IMG/VR virus record: IMGVR_UViG_3300027708_000021
DNA: 64,000 nucleotides
Strand: one strand, 5' to 3'
From: a virus
Each line of letters starts with the position of its first letter. Position 1 is the first letter of the stretch. Under the pieces are notes generated by a model that saw only the letters and a program-made list of their open reading frames with translations, had not been told where the DNA came from and searched no databases. The translations under genes were made by a program, and so were the position numbers. Shown here one piece after another: positions 19,680 to 29,937 of the stretch.

Positions 19680-19931
19680 ATGGATGACATTTTAGACAGG
19701 GTAAATCACGCAGAAAAACAAATATCTGCTGTAAAAAACAAGGTAGCATATCGTGATTTACGCAAAATGTTGACTAATGTAGATCGAGCAATTACAGCCC
19801 TTAGTCAAGAATCTGTAGAATGCCGTAGACTCAAACGAGACACATCAAAATTTATTGAATTGAAAAAACAAGTAAACGGATTATTAGATAATTTGGAACA
19901 ACACATTACCTTTGCAGCCTTGATAGGTTGA
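19680..19931 (+). CDS. Hypothetical coiled-coil protein
   Basis: ORF; ATG 19680 just after the promoter. Confidence 0.65.
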   Translation: MDDILDRVNHAEKQISAVKNKVAYRDLRKMLTNVDRAITALSQESVECRRLKRDTSKFIELKKQVNGLLDNLEQHITFAALIG

Positions 19932-19956
19932 CATTTACTTAGACAGACATTACACT
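19928..19956 (+). promoter_or_regulatory. sigma70-type early promoter
   Basis: TTGACA-17-TACACT. Confidence 0.7.
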
Positions 19957-19965
19957 ATTAAAACT

Positions 19966-21111
19966 ATGGCAAAAAACGAAATTACTATCAAGCGACTAAA
20001 CCCCAAGGGTGCCGAAACCAAATATGTTGGCTTTGAACCAGAGTGGCGTATTCAACCAGACGAAACTAATCGTATTAGTTCGTTTGCTAATGCGTTCCAA
20101 TGGTATAACTATCACTATGGTAAAAAAGATGCCAAAGATATGATTGCTATGTATTTGGAAATTAATAATCGTAAAGCTGATGCTCGTCTAATTCGCGGAA
20201 TTCCAGACAGTCAAATACGTGTAACACCAGCATGGGTATGTCGTATGAGTGTGTTAGGATTAATGCTCAACGAACACGAACAATGTATTTTAGATGAGCA
20301 AATTTCATTAATGCTTAAATCTAAACAGGAAATCAAAAAAGCCGCGGCCACTGACGAAGAAACAGCCCAAGTAAAACTAACTATTCAAGATCATCTTCGA
20401 GAAAAAGCAAGCGAGTGTGCTGGTGAGCTCGAAGGAATGTTTGATGATTTTATTGTAGCCGGCGCAAAAATGTCAGCTGACTTTAAACCTATCGCATTAA
20501 TTCGCGGTATGAATATTAGCCCGCAGATGATTCCTAACATTACTCGAGTATGGGATTTGCGACTACAAGAATTTAACGAAGTGTTAGAAGGTGCCGACGA
20601 ACAATTAGTAGAAGGCTACAGTCATTTGTCTAAAGCACAACTAAAACAATGCGTAAAATTTTGTGAAGCTGTATTAGCAGATTGTTCGTCCTATATTAGT
20701 ATTAAGAAAGTAGAACGTAAGCCCCGTGCTAAGAAAGCAGTAAGTCCAGAAAGACAGTCAAGCAAATTTAAGTATCTTAAAGAATTTTCAGAGTTTAATC
20801 TTAAGTCTGAAAACCCAGCAAAACTTGTGGGCGCAAGCGAAGCTTGGTTGTATGATACGGCAAAGCGCAAATTAATCCATGTCATGGCCGACGCACACTT
20901 GGGCACATTTACTGTCAAGGGTTCTGCTATTATTGCTTTTGATGCTATGACAACTGTACAGAAAACATTACGCAAACCAGCTGAACAACTTAAAGCAGTT
21001 ATGTCGGGCGGAAAGCCAGCGATGCGTAAATCGTTTGGGGATATTAAAGCTACGGAAACTAAGTTTACAGGGCGTGGTAACGAGAATATAATCATTCTAA
21101 AAGCCTGGTAA
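19966..21111 (+). CDS. Hypothetical early protein (basic C-terminal domain)
   Basis: 381-aa ORF behind a sigma70 promoter; no motif recognised. Confidence 0.75.
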   Translation: MAKNEITIKRLNPKGAETKYVGFEPEWRIQPDETNRISSFANAFQWYNYHYGKKDAKDMIAMYLEINNRKADARLIRGIPDSQIRVTPAWVCRMSVLGLMLNEHEQCILDEQISLMLKSKQEIKKAAATDEETAQVKLTIQDHLREKASECAGELEGMFDDFIVAGAKMSADFKPIALIRGMNISPQMIPNITRVWDLRLQEFNEVLEGADEQLVEGYSHLSKAQLKQCVKFCEAVLADCSSYISIKKVERKPRAKKAVSPERQSSKFKYLKEFSEFNLKSENPAKLVGASEAWLYDTAKRKLIHVMADAHLGTFTVKGSAIIAFDAMTTVQKTLRKPAEQLKAVMSGGKPAMRKSFGDIKATETKFTGRGNENIIILKAW

Positions 21112-21117
21112 TCTTGC

Positions 21118-21144
21118 TAAATATATGGACACGGAGTCCATATG
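21118..21144 (+). promoter_or_regulatory. Late promoter TAAATA overlapping a hairpin that occludes the RBS/start codon
   Basis: TAAATA 21118-21123; ATATGGAC/GTCCATAT stem spans GGAG and the ATG. Confidence 0.65.
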
Positions 21145-21912
21145 GCATTGCAATCTGAATCTACATTAGAAACCCTTAAACAACAACTAATTGAATATGT
21201 TCGGCTTCAATTAGCCGACGAAATCATTGATATTGAGCTAGACGCTAGTCATTTTGAAGCGGCTTACCGCGGTACAATAGGCACTTATCGTCAGCGGGCA
21301 CAAAACGCTTATGAAGAAAGTTATACCTTCATGGAGCTCGTAACTAATGTAAACATCTATGATTTGCCGGAAGAAGTTATTCAAGTTCGTCAGATTTTCC
21401 GCAGAACATTTGGCGATTCAACCGGCCCATATGCCTCCAACTTTGACCCATTTAGTCAAGCAACGCTAAATGTTTATTTGATGAATTTTAATGTAGCGGG
21501 TGGCCTTGCTACCTATGATTTCTACTCACAATATGTCGAACTTGCTGGCCGTATGTTTGGTGCTTACATGAACTACACTTGGAATCCAGTCACCAAAAAA
21601 TTACAATTAATCCGTGATCCAAAAGGTGTAGGCGAGAATGTTTTACTATGGACTTACAACTTAAAACCAGAAGTAAATTTACTTTCTGATTTCCAAATTC
21701 GTCAGTGGATCCGTGATTATATGTACGGAAATTGTAAATTAATTATCGGCGAAGCTCGTGAAAAGTTTGGTACTATATCCGGACCGCAAGGCGGCACAAC
21801 CCTGAATGGAGCCGCCATGAAAGCCGAAGGTATGGCAATTATGGCAAAATGTATCGAAGATTTGAAAAATTATGTAGATGGCTCACAGCCACTTACTTGG
21901 GTAATTGGCTAA
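21142..21912 (+). CDS. Neck protein (T4 gp13-like)
   Basis: LKQQLIEYVRLQLA..IIDIEL; WIRDY...KLIIGEAREKFGTISGPQGGTTLNG. Confidence 0.75.
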   Translation: MALQSESTLETLKQQLIEYVRLQLADEIIDIELDASHFEAAYRGTIGTYRQRAQNAYEESYTFMELVTNVNIYDLPEEVIQVRQIFRRTFGDSTGPYASNFDPFSQATLNVYLMNFNVAGGLATYDFYSQYVELAGRMFGAYMNYTWNPVTKKLQLIRDPKGVGENVLLWTYNLKPEVNLLSDFQIRQWIRDYMYGNCKLIIGEAREKFGTISGPQGGTTLNGAAMKAEGMAIMAKCIEDLKNYVDGSQPLTWVIG

Positions 21913-21919
21913 AAAATAC

Positions 21920-21948
21920 TTGTAATCTAGGTTAATCTATGCTATACT
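21920..21948 (+). promoter_or_regulatory. sigma70-type promoter (extended -10)
   Basis: TTGTAA-17-TATACT with TGn; ATG 6 nt downstream. Confidence 0.6.
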
Positions 21949-21954
21949 TACAGC

Positions 21955-22479
21955 ATGGCACAACACATAATGATCGACATAGAAGGTTTGGCAACCACGC
22001 CAGATGCTACTATTTTAACAATCGCAGCACAATCTTTTGATCCATTTGGTCTAGGCTACGGATTAAATCATTTTTATGCTCGAGTCACTTTAGAAAGTCA
22101 AGAAGGTCGTGCTATCACCGATGATACTATTGCTTGGTGGGCCACCCAACCCGAAGCAAGCGCAGAAGCATTTAACGAAGAAGGCAGGATTTCTCTAAGT
22201 GATGCCTTAGATGGCCTGCACAAACTAACATGGCATGCCGACTTTGTATGGGCTAACGGTCCAACTTACGACATGAATATCCTGGAACACGCTTACAAAT
22301 CTTTAGGTAGAGTTCAGCCTTGGCAGTTTTATAAAGTGCGCGATGCTAGAACTATATATTCCTTATGGCCCAACTGCCCTCGTCCGCCTACTTCACATCA
22401 TGCTCTAGAGGATTGTAAGCGTCAGATTGATATGCTACAAGCAACATTTAGACACTTGAACATCAAAGAAATTAAGTAA
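21955..22479 (+). CDS. DEDDh 3'-5' exonuclease (DexA/RNase AS-like)
   Basis: MIDIEGL, WANGPTYD, RDART, HHALEDC. Confidence 0.85.
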   Translation: MAQHIMIDIEGLATTPDATILTIAAQSFDPFGLGYGLNHFYARVTLESQEGRAITDDTIAWWATQPEASAEAFNEEGRISLSDALDGLHKLTWHADFVWANGPTYDMNILEHAYKSLGRVQPWQFYKVRDARTIYSLWPNCPRPPTSHHALEDCKRQIDMLQATFRHLNIKEIK

Positions 22480-22498
22480 TTTAGAAAAAGGATAGATT

Positions 22499-23164
22499 AT
22501 GATTATTGGAATTTGTGGATTGATCGGGTCAGGCAAAGATACTATTGCTGACTACTTACAGAATATACACCAATTCCGACGAGAATCATTTGCCCATACA
22601 CTTAAAGATGCTGTGTCATCAGTATTCGGTTGGGATCGAGAATTATTAGAAGGTCGTACTCGCGAAAGTAGAGAATGGCGCGAACAAGTAGACCCGTGGT
22701 GGGCAGAACGCTTGGGTATGCCTAACCTTACACCACGCTATGTATTACAGTTTTGGGGCACAGAAGTAGCTAGAAAGAGTTTCCACGACGACATCTGGAT
22801 TGCTAGCTTAGAAAATAAATTACGCAAGACACACGACGATGTTGTAATTTCAGATTGTCGGTTTCCTAATGAAATTCAAGCAATTAAACGTGCCGGCGGC
22901 ATTGTTATCCGTGTTGTCCGTGGCCCCGAACCTGTGTGGTTTGAGCTGGCTCGAATTGTAAATGCTGGCCCGTCGAACATTAGTTGGAGTCGTGCCAAGA
23001 CTGAGCTTGAAAAATACAAAATTCATGCTAGTGAAACTGCTTGGATTGGTACTGAGTTTGATTATGTAGTCGATAACAACGCAGACGGGCTAGACAATTT
23101 ATATGGCCAAATTAAGCATCTGGTTCTAAATCTCCGGCCTTCCACGGAAGATCTGCTTTCTTAA
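22499..23164 (+). CDS. Deoxynucleoside monophosphate kinase (T4 gp1-like)
   Basis: IIGICGLIGSGKDT, TPRYVLQFWGTE, ISDCRFPNE, HASE. Confidence 0.9.
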   Translation: MIIGICGLIGSGKDTIADYLQNIHQFRRESFAHTLKDAVSSVFGWDRELLEGRTRESREWREQVDPWWAERLGMPNLTPRYVLQFWGTEVARKSFHDDIWIASLENKLRKTHDDVVISDCRFPNEIQAIKRAGGIVIRVVRGPEPVWFELARIVNAGPSNISWSRAKTELEKYKIHASETAWIGTEFDYVVDNNADGLDNLYGQIKHLVLNLRPSTEDLLS

Positions 23165-23456
23165 CATCTATTACACAGTTTTGACATATAGTTTTTAAAT
23201 TCCTTACGCCGTTGTTATTTAAATTGCCATCTATATGAAATACTAGTAGTTGAGCAGCCCATCTAGATCTAAACCCGCAGCGATCGCAAACAGTCTTCTT
23301 TTTATAACCCTTGGATTCCCATAGCGGAGTCTGCGGTTTTTCTTTTCGTTTCTTACGAATACACGACGAACACCTACTACGATAATAAATTTTATCATTT
23401 CTATGATAGGCTACAGCTCTTGGACGCTGGTTACAGGCTGGACAAATAGGGCGCAT
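23112..23456 (-). CDS. Zinc-binding HNH endonuclease-like protein
   Basis: CxxC pairs; FHIDGNLNNNGVRNLKTICQNC; minus-strand TAAATA at 23462-23467. Confidence 0.7.
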   Translation of the reverse strand: MRPICPACNQRPRAVAYHRNDKIYYRSRCSSCIRKKRKEKPQTPLWESKGYKKKTVCDRCGFRSRWAAQLLVFHIDGNLNNNGVRNLKTICQNCVIDVKKADLPWKAGDLEPDA

Positions 23457-23556
23457 ACGGGTATTTAGCTGGGCAAACCTACTATATAGGCCGCGATTAT
23501 TGGAGTCTTTTTGATTAAAATGCTAAATATTAATAATTAATAAAAAGGATTTTGCA

Positions 23557-26500
23557 ATGGCAAACACATTAGTATCCCCAGGCGTACAAGTTACAGTAGT
23601 TGACGAAAGTCAATACTTACCGGCTGCTACTAACTCAGTCCCGCTAGTAGTTATCGCTACAGCGTCAAATAAATTATCTGGTGATGGTCAAGGAATTGCT
23701 CCTGGCACATTAACTGCAAATGCTGATCAGCTTTACCTTGCGACTAGCCAAAGAGCCCTTAGTGCTCATTACGGTGTTCCGTTCTTTTATACAACTACAA
23801 ACGGCACTCCTATCAATGGCTATGAGCTCAACGAATACGGCTTATTAGCCGCTTATTCCGCGTTAGGTGTTACTAATCAGTGCTATGTAATTCGTGCTAA
23901 TATTGATTTAGCTGCGCTTACCGCATCGTTGACACGCCCAATTGGCAATCCTAATAATGGTACATATTGGTTAGATACTACAACCAGCCAATGGGGATTG
24001 TTCCAGTGGAGCCAAACAAAGCGTACATTTACTAACGTGATCCCTTCAGTAATTACTAATTCTGAATATTTAAATTCAAGTTCTTCAGTTCCATTAGAAA
24101 GTTACGGCAGTATTGGACAGTATGCTGTTACAGCAACATATACATCAAACCCAATTTATTTTAAGCGTGGAGGTCCTACATCAGATCAGACTCCCGATAC
24201 AGAAATCAGTAATCTTTATAATACTTGGGTTCAGATTGGTAGTAATGAGTGGCAAACTTCTTGGGCAACGGTTCAAGGAAATACAACTCCAAGTAGTTTA
24301 TCCGCCGGTTCATTTACAATTAATGGTCAAACTATTCCAGTAGGCAATGGTAATAGTGTAACCAATGTAGTTTCCAGTATTACATCAGTAGGTCTTGCCG
24401 GCGTATACGCAGCTAATATTGGCGGATCGTTAACTTTATATTGTGATAGTACTGCTACAGCAGCTCCTATATCTATCACAGGTATCACCAGTAATGCCAA
24501 TGTTGTAACTGCAACATACGCCACACAAGGAAATGTACCATTTACTGTTGGTAGTACTATCGCTATCGGTGGTGTAAATCCTTCTATCTATAACGGAGAA
24601 TATGTTGTTTCGAATTGCACACTTACTACAGTAAGTTTTTCTAGTACTATTGCCAATGCTTATGTTAGCGGCGGAACTGTTGGTTCTGAAACTGGAACTA
24701 TCGTACTTGGCCCAAGTGGATCAAATGCCGACCCAACTCTTACTGCGTTAGGTTTATCAGCAGGAACTTACTATGCTCCATACTATCAAAATAGTCCAGG
24801 GTATACTGTACCATCTTGGAGCACCGGTGGGGCAAATGCCACTGGAGTTACCGGTTCTATCTGGCAGAAATCTACTAGTGCAAATCATGGCACATCATTA
24901 GTAATGAAAGAATATAACTCAACATTAGGTGTATATGTAATCAAATCAGTACCAGTTTATTCTACTGATAACAATGCACTTTATGGGCTAGATCCATCAA
25001 ACGGTGGTCAAACTATTCCAGCGGGCTCGTTATTTGCCAAGAGTTATCCATATAACCAAGGCACGGCAGGATATACAATTCTTGAGCGTTATACAACTGG
25101 CGAAACCATTGTAACTGGTAGTAATACAACTCCATCATTTACAACAGGTAATCAGTTCACTATTGGAGCAAGCCAGCCTGGAACAGCATCTAATACCCAA
25201 GCAACTGTTACACTAGGTGGAAACACAGCCGTTGACTTTGTATCGGCTGTTAGTTCTGCTGATATTCCTTATGTAAGTGCTAGTATTGCTAGCACAGGCG
25301 CTATTGTAATGACACATAGTGCTGGCGGCGACATTGAACTTACTAATGTAACTGGCACTCCTGTAACAGATGCTGGATTTATTCCAGGAACAACTTTCTT
25401 AGTTCGTCAGCGTTATATCGATGGTGTTCCTATCGGTAGTTTATTGAGTAACTGGGTAGGTAGTCCAACATTTACATATACAGCATCAGATGTTGCTCCA
25501 GATCAAAACCCAACCGATGGCACATATTGGTATTATAGTGATCCTACCCAAGTGGATATTATGATCCAAGATAACGGTGTATGGCAAGGTTATCAAAATG
25601 TAACTTCAGATAGTCGTGGTTACGATTTAACACAGACAAATGCTACTGGTCCTATTATCAGCGCCACAGCTCCAACTACACAAACTGATCAAGCAGAAAG
25701 TCCGTTGGTTTATGGAGATTTATGGCTTAACACAAGTGATTTAGAAAATTATCCGTTGTTATATCGTTGGCAGAGTGTCGACGGAGTCGACCAGTGGGTA
25801 CAAATTGTCAATACAGATCAAACACAATCTAGCGGTATTCTGTTTGCTGACGCTCGTTGGGCTCCAAATGGCACAACAGATCCAGTGTCTGCGGCATTAC
25901 CAACGATTGAAAGTCTATTAACAAGTAACTACTTAGATCCAGATGCGCCAAACGCATTACTATATCCAACAGGTATACTGTTATGGAATACTCGCCGTTC
26001 TGGATTTAATGTTAAAACATATCAATCAAATTATTTTAACAATCAAAGTTATCCAACATATGAGTGGGACGACGCTACATCATACACCATTGGCGAATAT
26101 GTACAATATAATAATTCAGTGTATGCGTGTATTAATAATAATACCAATCAACAGCCCGACACAGCAACAACTTATTGGGCACCACAAGATGTAACTAGTA
26201 CATGGTTAAGTGCTACAGGTAGTCGTCCAGATGGTGCTCCTTATATGGGTCGTCAATCTCAGCGTATACTAATTGTCGAGGCAATGAAAGCTGCTGTTGA
26301 TACTAATACACAGATTCGTGAGGAGCAAAACTCTTATAACTTAATAGCGGCCACTGGTTATCCAGAGTTAGCTCCTAATTTAGAAGCATTAAACAATGAA
26401 ATTAATAACGTAGCATTTGCTATTATTGATACACCATTGCGTTTGACTCCTGAAGATGTAGCTAAGTGGGCCAGCGATAATAATGGATTGGGCTTGCCTA

Positions 26501-27195
26501 CAGGCGATGGCAATTTAGCTGCTGGCGATCCGTATGGAGCAACATTCTATCCAAGTTGTCGTACTACTGATCTTAGTGGGAATTTTTGTGTAACTTATCC
26601 AAGCCATATGATGATTCGTACTATCATTCGCAGCGATGAAGTCGCTTATCCTTGGTTAGCTCCAGCAGGAACACGACGCGGTTTAGTTGATAATGCACAA
26701 CAATTAGGCTACTTAAATGGTATCACTGGTGTATTTGAAACATTGAGTGTTGGCCAATCATTGCGTGATGTACTGTACTCAAATCAAATTAATCCAATTA
26801 CCTATATTCCAGGCGTTGGTATTACTAACTTTGGTAATAAGACATTACAAGCAACGGCAACAGCATTGGATCGTATTAACGTGGCTCGTTTAATATGCTT
26901 TATCCGTGCTAGACTTGAAGCAATTGGCAAGCAGTATTTGTTTGAACCAAATGATCAAATTACCCGTACAGGAATCAGCAATTCAATCACAAGTTTAATG
27001 ATTGATTTAGTATCTAAACGCGGTATTTACGATTATTTGGTAGTATGTGATAGTACAAACAATACACCAACAACAATCGATCAAAATCAGTTATGGGTTG
27101 ATATTGCTATTGAGCCAGTGAAAGCTGTGGAATTCATTTATATTCCTCTGCGTATTGAAAATACTGGAGCGATTGCGGCGCAGGCTGCTGCTTAA
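23557..27195 (+). CDS. gp18: Contractile tail sheath protein (T4 gp18-like) with large insertion
   Basis: LVSPGVQVTVVDES; PWLAPAGTRRG; RDVLYSNQINPI; DRINVARL; FEPND; IEPVKAVEFIYI; TAAATA at 23524-23529 plus RBS. Confidence 0.92.
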   Translation: MANTLVSPGVQVTVVDESQYLPAATNSVPLVVIATASNKLSGDGQGIAPGTLTANADQLYLATSQRALSAHYGVPFFYTTTNGTPINGYELNEYGLLAAYSALGVTNQCYVIRANIDLAALTASLTRPIGNPNNGTYWLDTTTSQWGLFQWSQTKRTFTNVIPSVITNSEYLNSSSSVPLESYGSIGQYAVTATYTSNPIYFKRGGPTSDQTPDTEISNLYNTWVQIGSNEWQTSWATVQGNTTPSSLSAGSFTINGQTIPVGNGNSVTNVVSSITSVGLAGVYAANIGGSLTLYCDSTATAAPISITGITSNANVVTATYATQGNVPFTVGSTIAIGGVNPSIYNGEYVVSNCTLTTVSFSSTIANAYVSGGTVGSETGTIVLGPSGSNADPTLTALGLSAGTYYAPYYQNSPGYTVPSWSTGGANATGVTGSIWQKSTSANHGTSLVMKEYNSTLGVYVIKSVPVYSTDNNALYGLDPSNGGQTIPAGSLFAKSYPYNQGTAGYTILERYTTGETIVTGSNTTPSFTTGNQFTIGASQPGTASNTQATVTLGGNTAVDFVSAVSSADIPYVSASIASTGAIVMTHSAGGDIELTNVTGTPVTDAGFIPGTTFLVRQRYIDGVPIGSLLSNWVGSPTFTYTASDVAPDQNPTDGTYWYYSDPTQVDIMIQDNGVWQGYQNVTSDSRGYDLTQTNATGPIISATAPTTQTDQAESPLVYGDLWLNTSDLENYPLLYRWQSVDGVDQWVQIVNTDQTQSSGILFADARWAPNGTTDPVSAALPTIESLLTSNYLDPDAPNALLYPTGILLWNTRRSGFNVKTYQSNYFNNQSYPTYEWDDATSYTIGEYVQYNNSVYACINNNTNQQPDTATTYWAPQDVTSTWLSATGSRPDGAPYMGRQSQRILIVEAMKAAVDTNTQIREEQNSYNLIAATGYPELAPNLEALNNEINNVAFAIIDTPLRLTPEDVAKWASDNNGLGLPTGDGNLAAGDPYGATFYPSCRTTDLSGNFCVTYPSHMMIRTIIRSDEVAYPWLAPAGTRRGLVDNAQQLGYLNGITGVFETLSVGQSLRDVLYSNQINPITYIPGVGITNFGNKTLQATATALDRINVARLICFIRARLEAIGKQYLFEPNDQITRTGISNSITSLMIDLVSKRGIYDYLVVCDSTNNTPTTIDQNQLWVDIAIEPVKAVEFIYIPLRIENTGAIAAQAAA

Positions 27196-27197
27196 AG

Positions 27198-27226
27198 AAA
27201 GTTGGGTAATTTTTTTACCCAACTTT
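27198..27226 (+). terminator. Stem-loop between the sheath and tube genes
   Basis: AAAGTTGGGTAA/TTACCCAACTTT perfect inverted repeat; TAAATA follows at 27233-27238. Confidence 0.6.
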
Positions 27227-27259
27227 ATTAACTAAATAAAGTATATCGGAGATTAACAA

Positions 27260-27919
27260 ATGGCAACATCCTCATTAACTAACATGACAGTCCCGCTAGG
27301 GGCAGACGGTCAAAGCGCATCAACACAGGGCTTATTAATGCCTAAACTGGCGTATCGCTTCCGTGTTTTCTTTTCAAACTTTGGTGTAAGTACACCTACA
27401 ACAGAGTTGACAAAACAAGTCATGAAGTTTGATCGTCCACACGTACAATTTGAAGAAATCAAATTACCAATTTATAACAGTACTGTTAAACTTGCTGGTA
27501 AGCACTCGTGGACTGATGTTACTTGCGACTTGCGTGATGATGCTCAAGGAAATGTAAGCAAATTAGTAGGAGAGCAGTTACAGAAGCAATTAGATTTTAT
27601 GGAGCAAAGTTCTGCGGCTGCTGGTATTGACTACAAGTTTACAATACAACTACAAATATTAGACGGCGGTAATGCGAATAATGAACCTACTGTGTTAGAA
27701 GAATGGCAAATTCTTGGTGCCTACTTAAAAGATGTTAATTACAATTCTATGGATTATAATACATCCGATCAAGTTAAGATTGGATTAACAATTACCTATG
27801 ATAATGCCATCCAAGTCAATGGAGCAGGTGTTCCAACAGGCGTAGGACAAGCTGTAGCCTACGCAGGCGGCCAATCTTTAGGTCAAGCTACCGGCGCAGC
27901 TTCAGTACCTAACGTTTAA
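27260..27919 (+). CDS. gp19: Tail tube protein (T4 gp19-like)
   Basis: Follows the sheath gene; YRFRV, KLAGKHSWTDVT, W.I.GAY, ITYDNA. Confidence 0.85.
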   Translation: MATSSLTNMTVPLGADGQSASTQGLLMPKLAYRFRVFFSNFGVSTPTTELTKQVMKFDRPHVQFEEIKLPIYNSTVKLAGKHSWTDVTCDLRDDAQGNVSKLVGEQLQKQLDFMEQSSAAAGIDYKFTIQLQILDGGNANNEPTVLEEWQILGAYLKDVNYNSMDYNTSDQVKIGLTITYDNAIQVNGAGVPTGVGQAVAYAGGQSLGQATGAASVPNV

Positions 27920-27929
27920 TTAATTAATC

Positions 27930-29102
27930 ATGGGTACCGGCTTTTTCGGCCAGGGCGGCGATCTACTACAAGCATTCGGTCAAGGCATTGTTGCATTACC
28001 TGGCGTAAAAGATTACTCACACGCAGCTAAAACATTTGAGACCAACGGCTATCAATTATCACCCCGACTCAAATTTTTATATCATGTCTTTTTTAATATT
28101 AATACTGGACAAATTCCTCAGCTTCAAGCGGCCTATGGTTCTGGCACAGTAGAAACTATTGGCATGATGGTTAAAAGTATTGACTTACCTAAATTTAAAG
28201 TCGACACAACAGTAATGAATCAGTATAATCGTAAAAGAGTTATACAAAGTAAAATGCGCTACGAACCAAGTCGTATTACAATGCATGACGACCAATCTGA
28301 TTTAATTCGTAATCTGTGGTACAATTATTACACATATTATTATAAAGATCCAAGTCAGAAATATCAAAGTGTACCTAACACATCTGGTACATTAGGCATG
28401 TTACAATCGATGAGTAATGGATTTAACTATAATGCCAATGACATTTATAGCCAAGTATTACAAAGTGCTGACTGGGGTTTTATCGGAGAAAGTTATTCCG
28501 ATGGTACTAATACTGGTACTACTAGTTCCGGCAAGCCACCATTTTTCCGTGATATTACTATCTACGGATTGAGTCAAAAGAAATATGCCGCATGGACATT
28601 AATTAATCCTATTATTAGTCAGTGGAACAGCGATAGTTACGATTATTCAGAAGGTGGCGGCACAATGAAAAATGATGTCACAATTGAATATGAAACTGTG
28701 AAATATTATTCAGGCGCTATTGGCAGCCAGCATCCATCCAGCAAGGTTCCAGGCTTTTCTGATCCAGCACACTATGATATTGTGCCTTCTGGTATTACTC
28801 GACCAGGTGGCACACGCTCAGTATTTGGACAAGGCGGATTGTTAGATGCTGTTGGTGGCACTGTAGAAGATTTACAAGCTCTTGCTAGTGGCCAGGGCGG
28901 ATTACAAAATGTTATTGGAGCTGTACAAAAAGCTGGCACAGCATATAATACATTTAAAAATCAAAATATTAATAAAATTTTACAACCAGAATTACAAAAA
29001 GCTGGAGTGCAAGTAGCCCAACAATTAGTGCCACAAGCAGTAAATTCAGTTAACGGATTTGTGTTTCCGAGAGCTCCGATAGTTCCACCTACTGTCCGAT
29101 GA
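27930..29102 (+). CDS. Baseplate/tail-tube initiator (gp54/gp48-like tube-fold protein)
   Basis: VKSIDLPK...NQYNRKR...ITMHDD; LINPIISQW; VTIEYE. Confidence 0.6.
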   Translation: MGTGFFGQGGDLLQAFGQGIVALPGVKDYSHAAKTFETNGYQLSPRLKFLYHVFFNINTGQIPQLQAAYGSGTVETIGMMVKSIDLPKFKVDTTVMNQYNRKRVIQSKMRYEPSRITMHDDQSDLIRNLWYNYYTYYYKDPSQKYQSVPNTSGTLGMLQSMSNGFNYNANDIYSQVLQSADWGFIGESYSDGTNTGTTSSGKPPFFRDITIYGLSQKKYAAWTLINPIISQWNSDSYDYSEGGGTMKNDVTIEYETVKYYSGAIGSQHPSSKVPGFSDPAHYDIVPSGITRPGGTRSVFGQGGLLDAVGGTVEDLQALASGQGGLQNVIGAVQKAGTAYNTFKNQNINKILQPELQKAGVQVAQQLVPQAVNSVNGFVFPRAPIVPPTVR

Positions 29103-29108
29103 TAAATT

Positions 29109-29468
29109 ATGGCTAATATTAATAATACTAATCCTAACATAGATGCGACTGTGCAAATTTTTGATAGATTTTATTCTTATCAACAATCTGTTTCCGGGGT
29201 AGAATACGACGCTGTACATAGTTATTTGTTAAGTGTTTTTAAAACAGAAAAACAAGCAGGCAACTTCACATCAACAATGTTTAGAATGTCTGACGCTTCA
29301 GGAATTCCAGTTATGGAATTATTACAATCCCTACAAGGACTAGCTAAACCGCAGATTACTTTAACTTTTGCATATTATTTAAACACCTTTCAAAGCCCTG
29401 CTACTATGTTGGGACTTCAGCAACAAGTAATTCCTAATTACTACGTTGCCCATAACATCAAACAGTAA
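29109..29468 (+). CDS. Hypothetical virion-associated protein
   Basis: ORF within the tail operon. Confidence 0.6.
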   Translation: MANINNTNPNIDATVQIFDRFYSYQQSVSGVEYDAVHSYLLSVFKTEKQAGNFTSTMFRMSDASGIPVMELLQSLQGLAKPQITLTFAYYLNTFQSPATMLGLQQQVIPNYYVAHNIKQ

Positions 29469-29473
29469 TTATC

Positions 29474-29905
29474 ATGGCTAACTTTCGCCAAGGCTTCTAT
29501 GAAGTAAAAAATTCTTCAAAATATGTTGGCAATGGTAAACCAAAGTTTCGCTCCGGCTGGGAGATGACTTTCATGATGTTTCTCGACTCTAACGATAACG
29601 TTATAAACTGGGCCAGCGAGCCTGTAAGAATTCCTTATCGCAATCCTCTGACTGGCAAAATGACTATGTATGTTCCAGATTTTATTGTAACTTACCGTGG
29701 TCCAAAAGAAACAGTAAGAGCTGAATTGATCGAGATTAAACCTAAAAAACAAAGTTTAATTGAAAGTAAGATGAAGGATCGGGACAAAGCTATAGTAGCT
29801 GTCAACTATGCTAAGTGGCATGCTGCTACACTATGGGCCAAGCAAAACGGGCTTACTTTTAGAGTTATTACAGAAGAAGATATCTTTAGGCAGGGTAAGA
29901 AGTAA
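29474..29905 (+). CDS. Head completion nuclease (T4 gp4 / TnsA-like)
   Basis: FRSGWE, WASEP..IPY, YVPDF, IEIKP, AKW.AA, FRVITE. Confidence 0.85.
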   Translation: MANFRQGFYEVKNSSKYVGNGKPKFRSGWEMTFMMFLDSNDNVINWASEPVRIPYRNPLTGKMTMYVPDFIVTYRGPKETVRAELIEIKPKKQSLIESKMKDRDKAIVAVNYAKWHAATLWAKQNGLTFRVITEEDIFRQGKK

Positions 29906-29937
29906 TCTACCCCAGCCAAAATACTGTAAATAACAGT

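Noticed and set aside
29474-29905. Tn7 TnsA transposase / mobile element
   Set aside because: The context and motifs fit the T4 gp4 head-completion nuclease; there is no tnsB/tnsC or terminal repeat.
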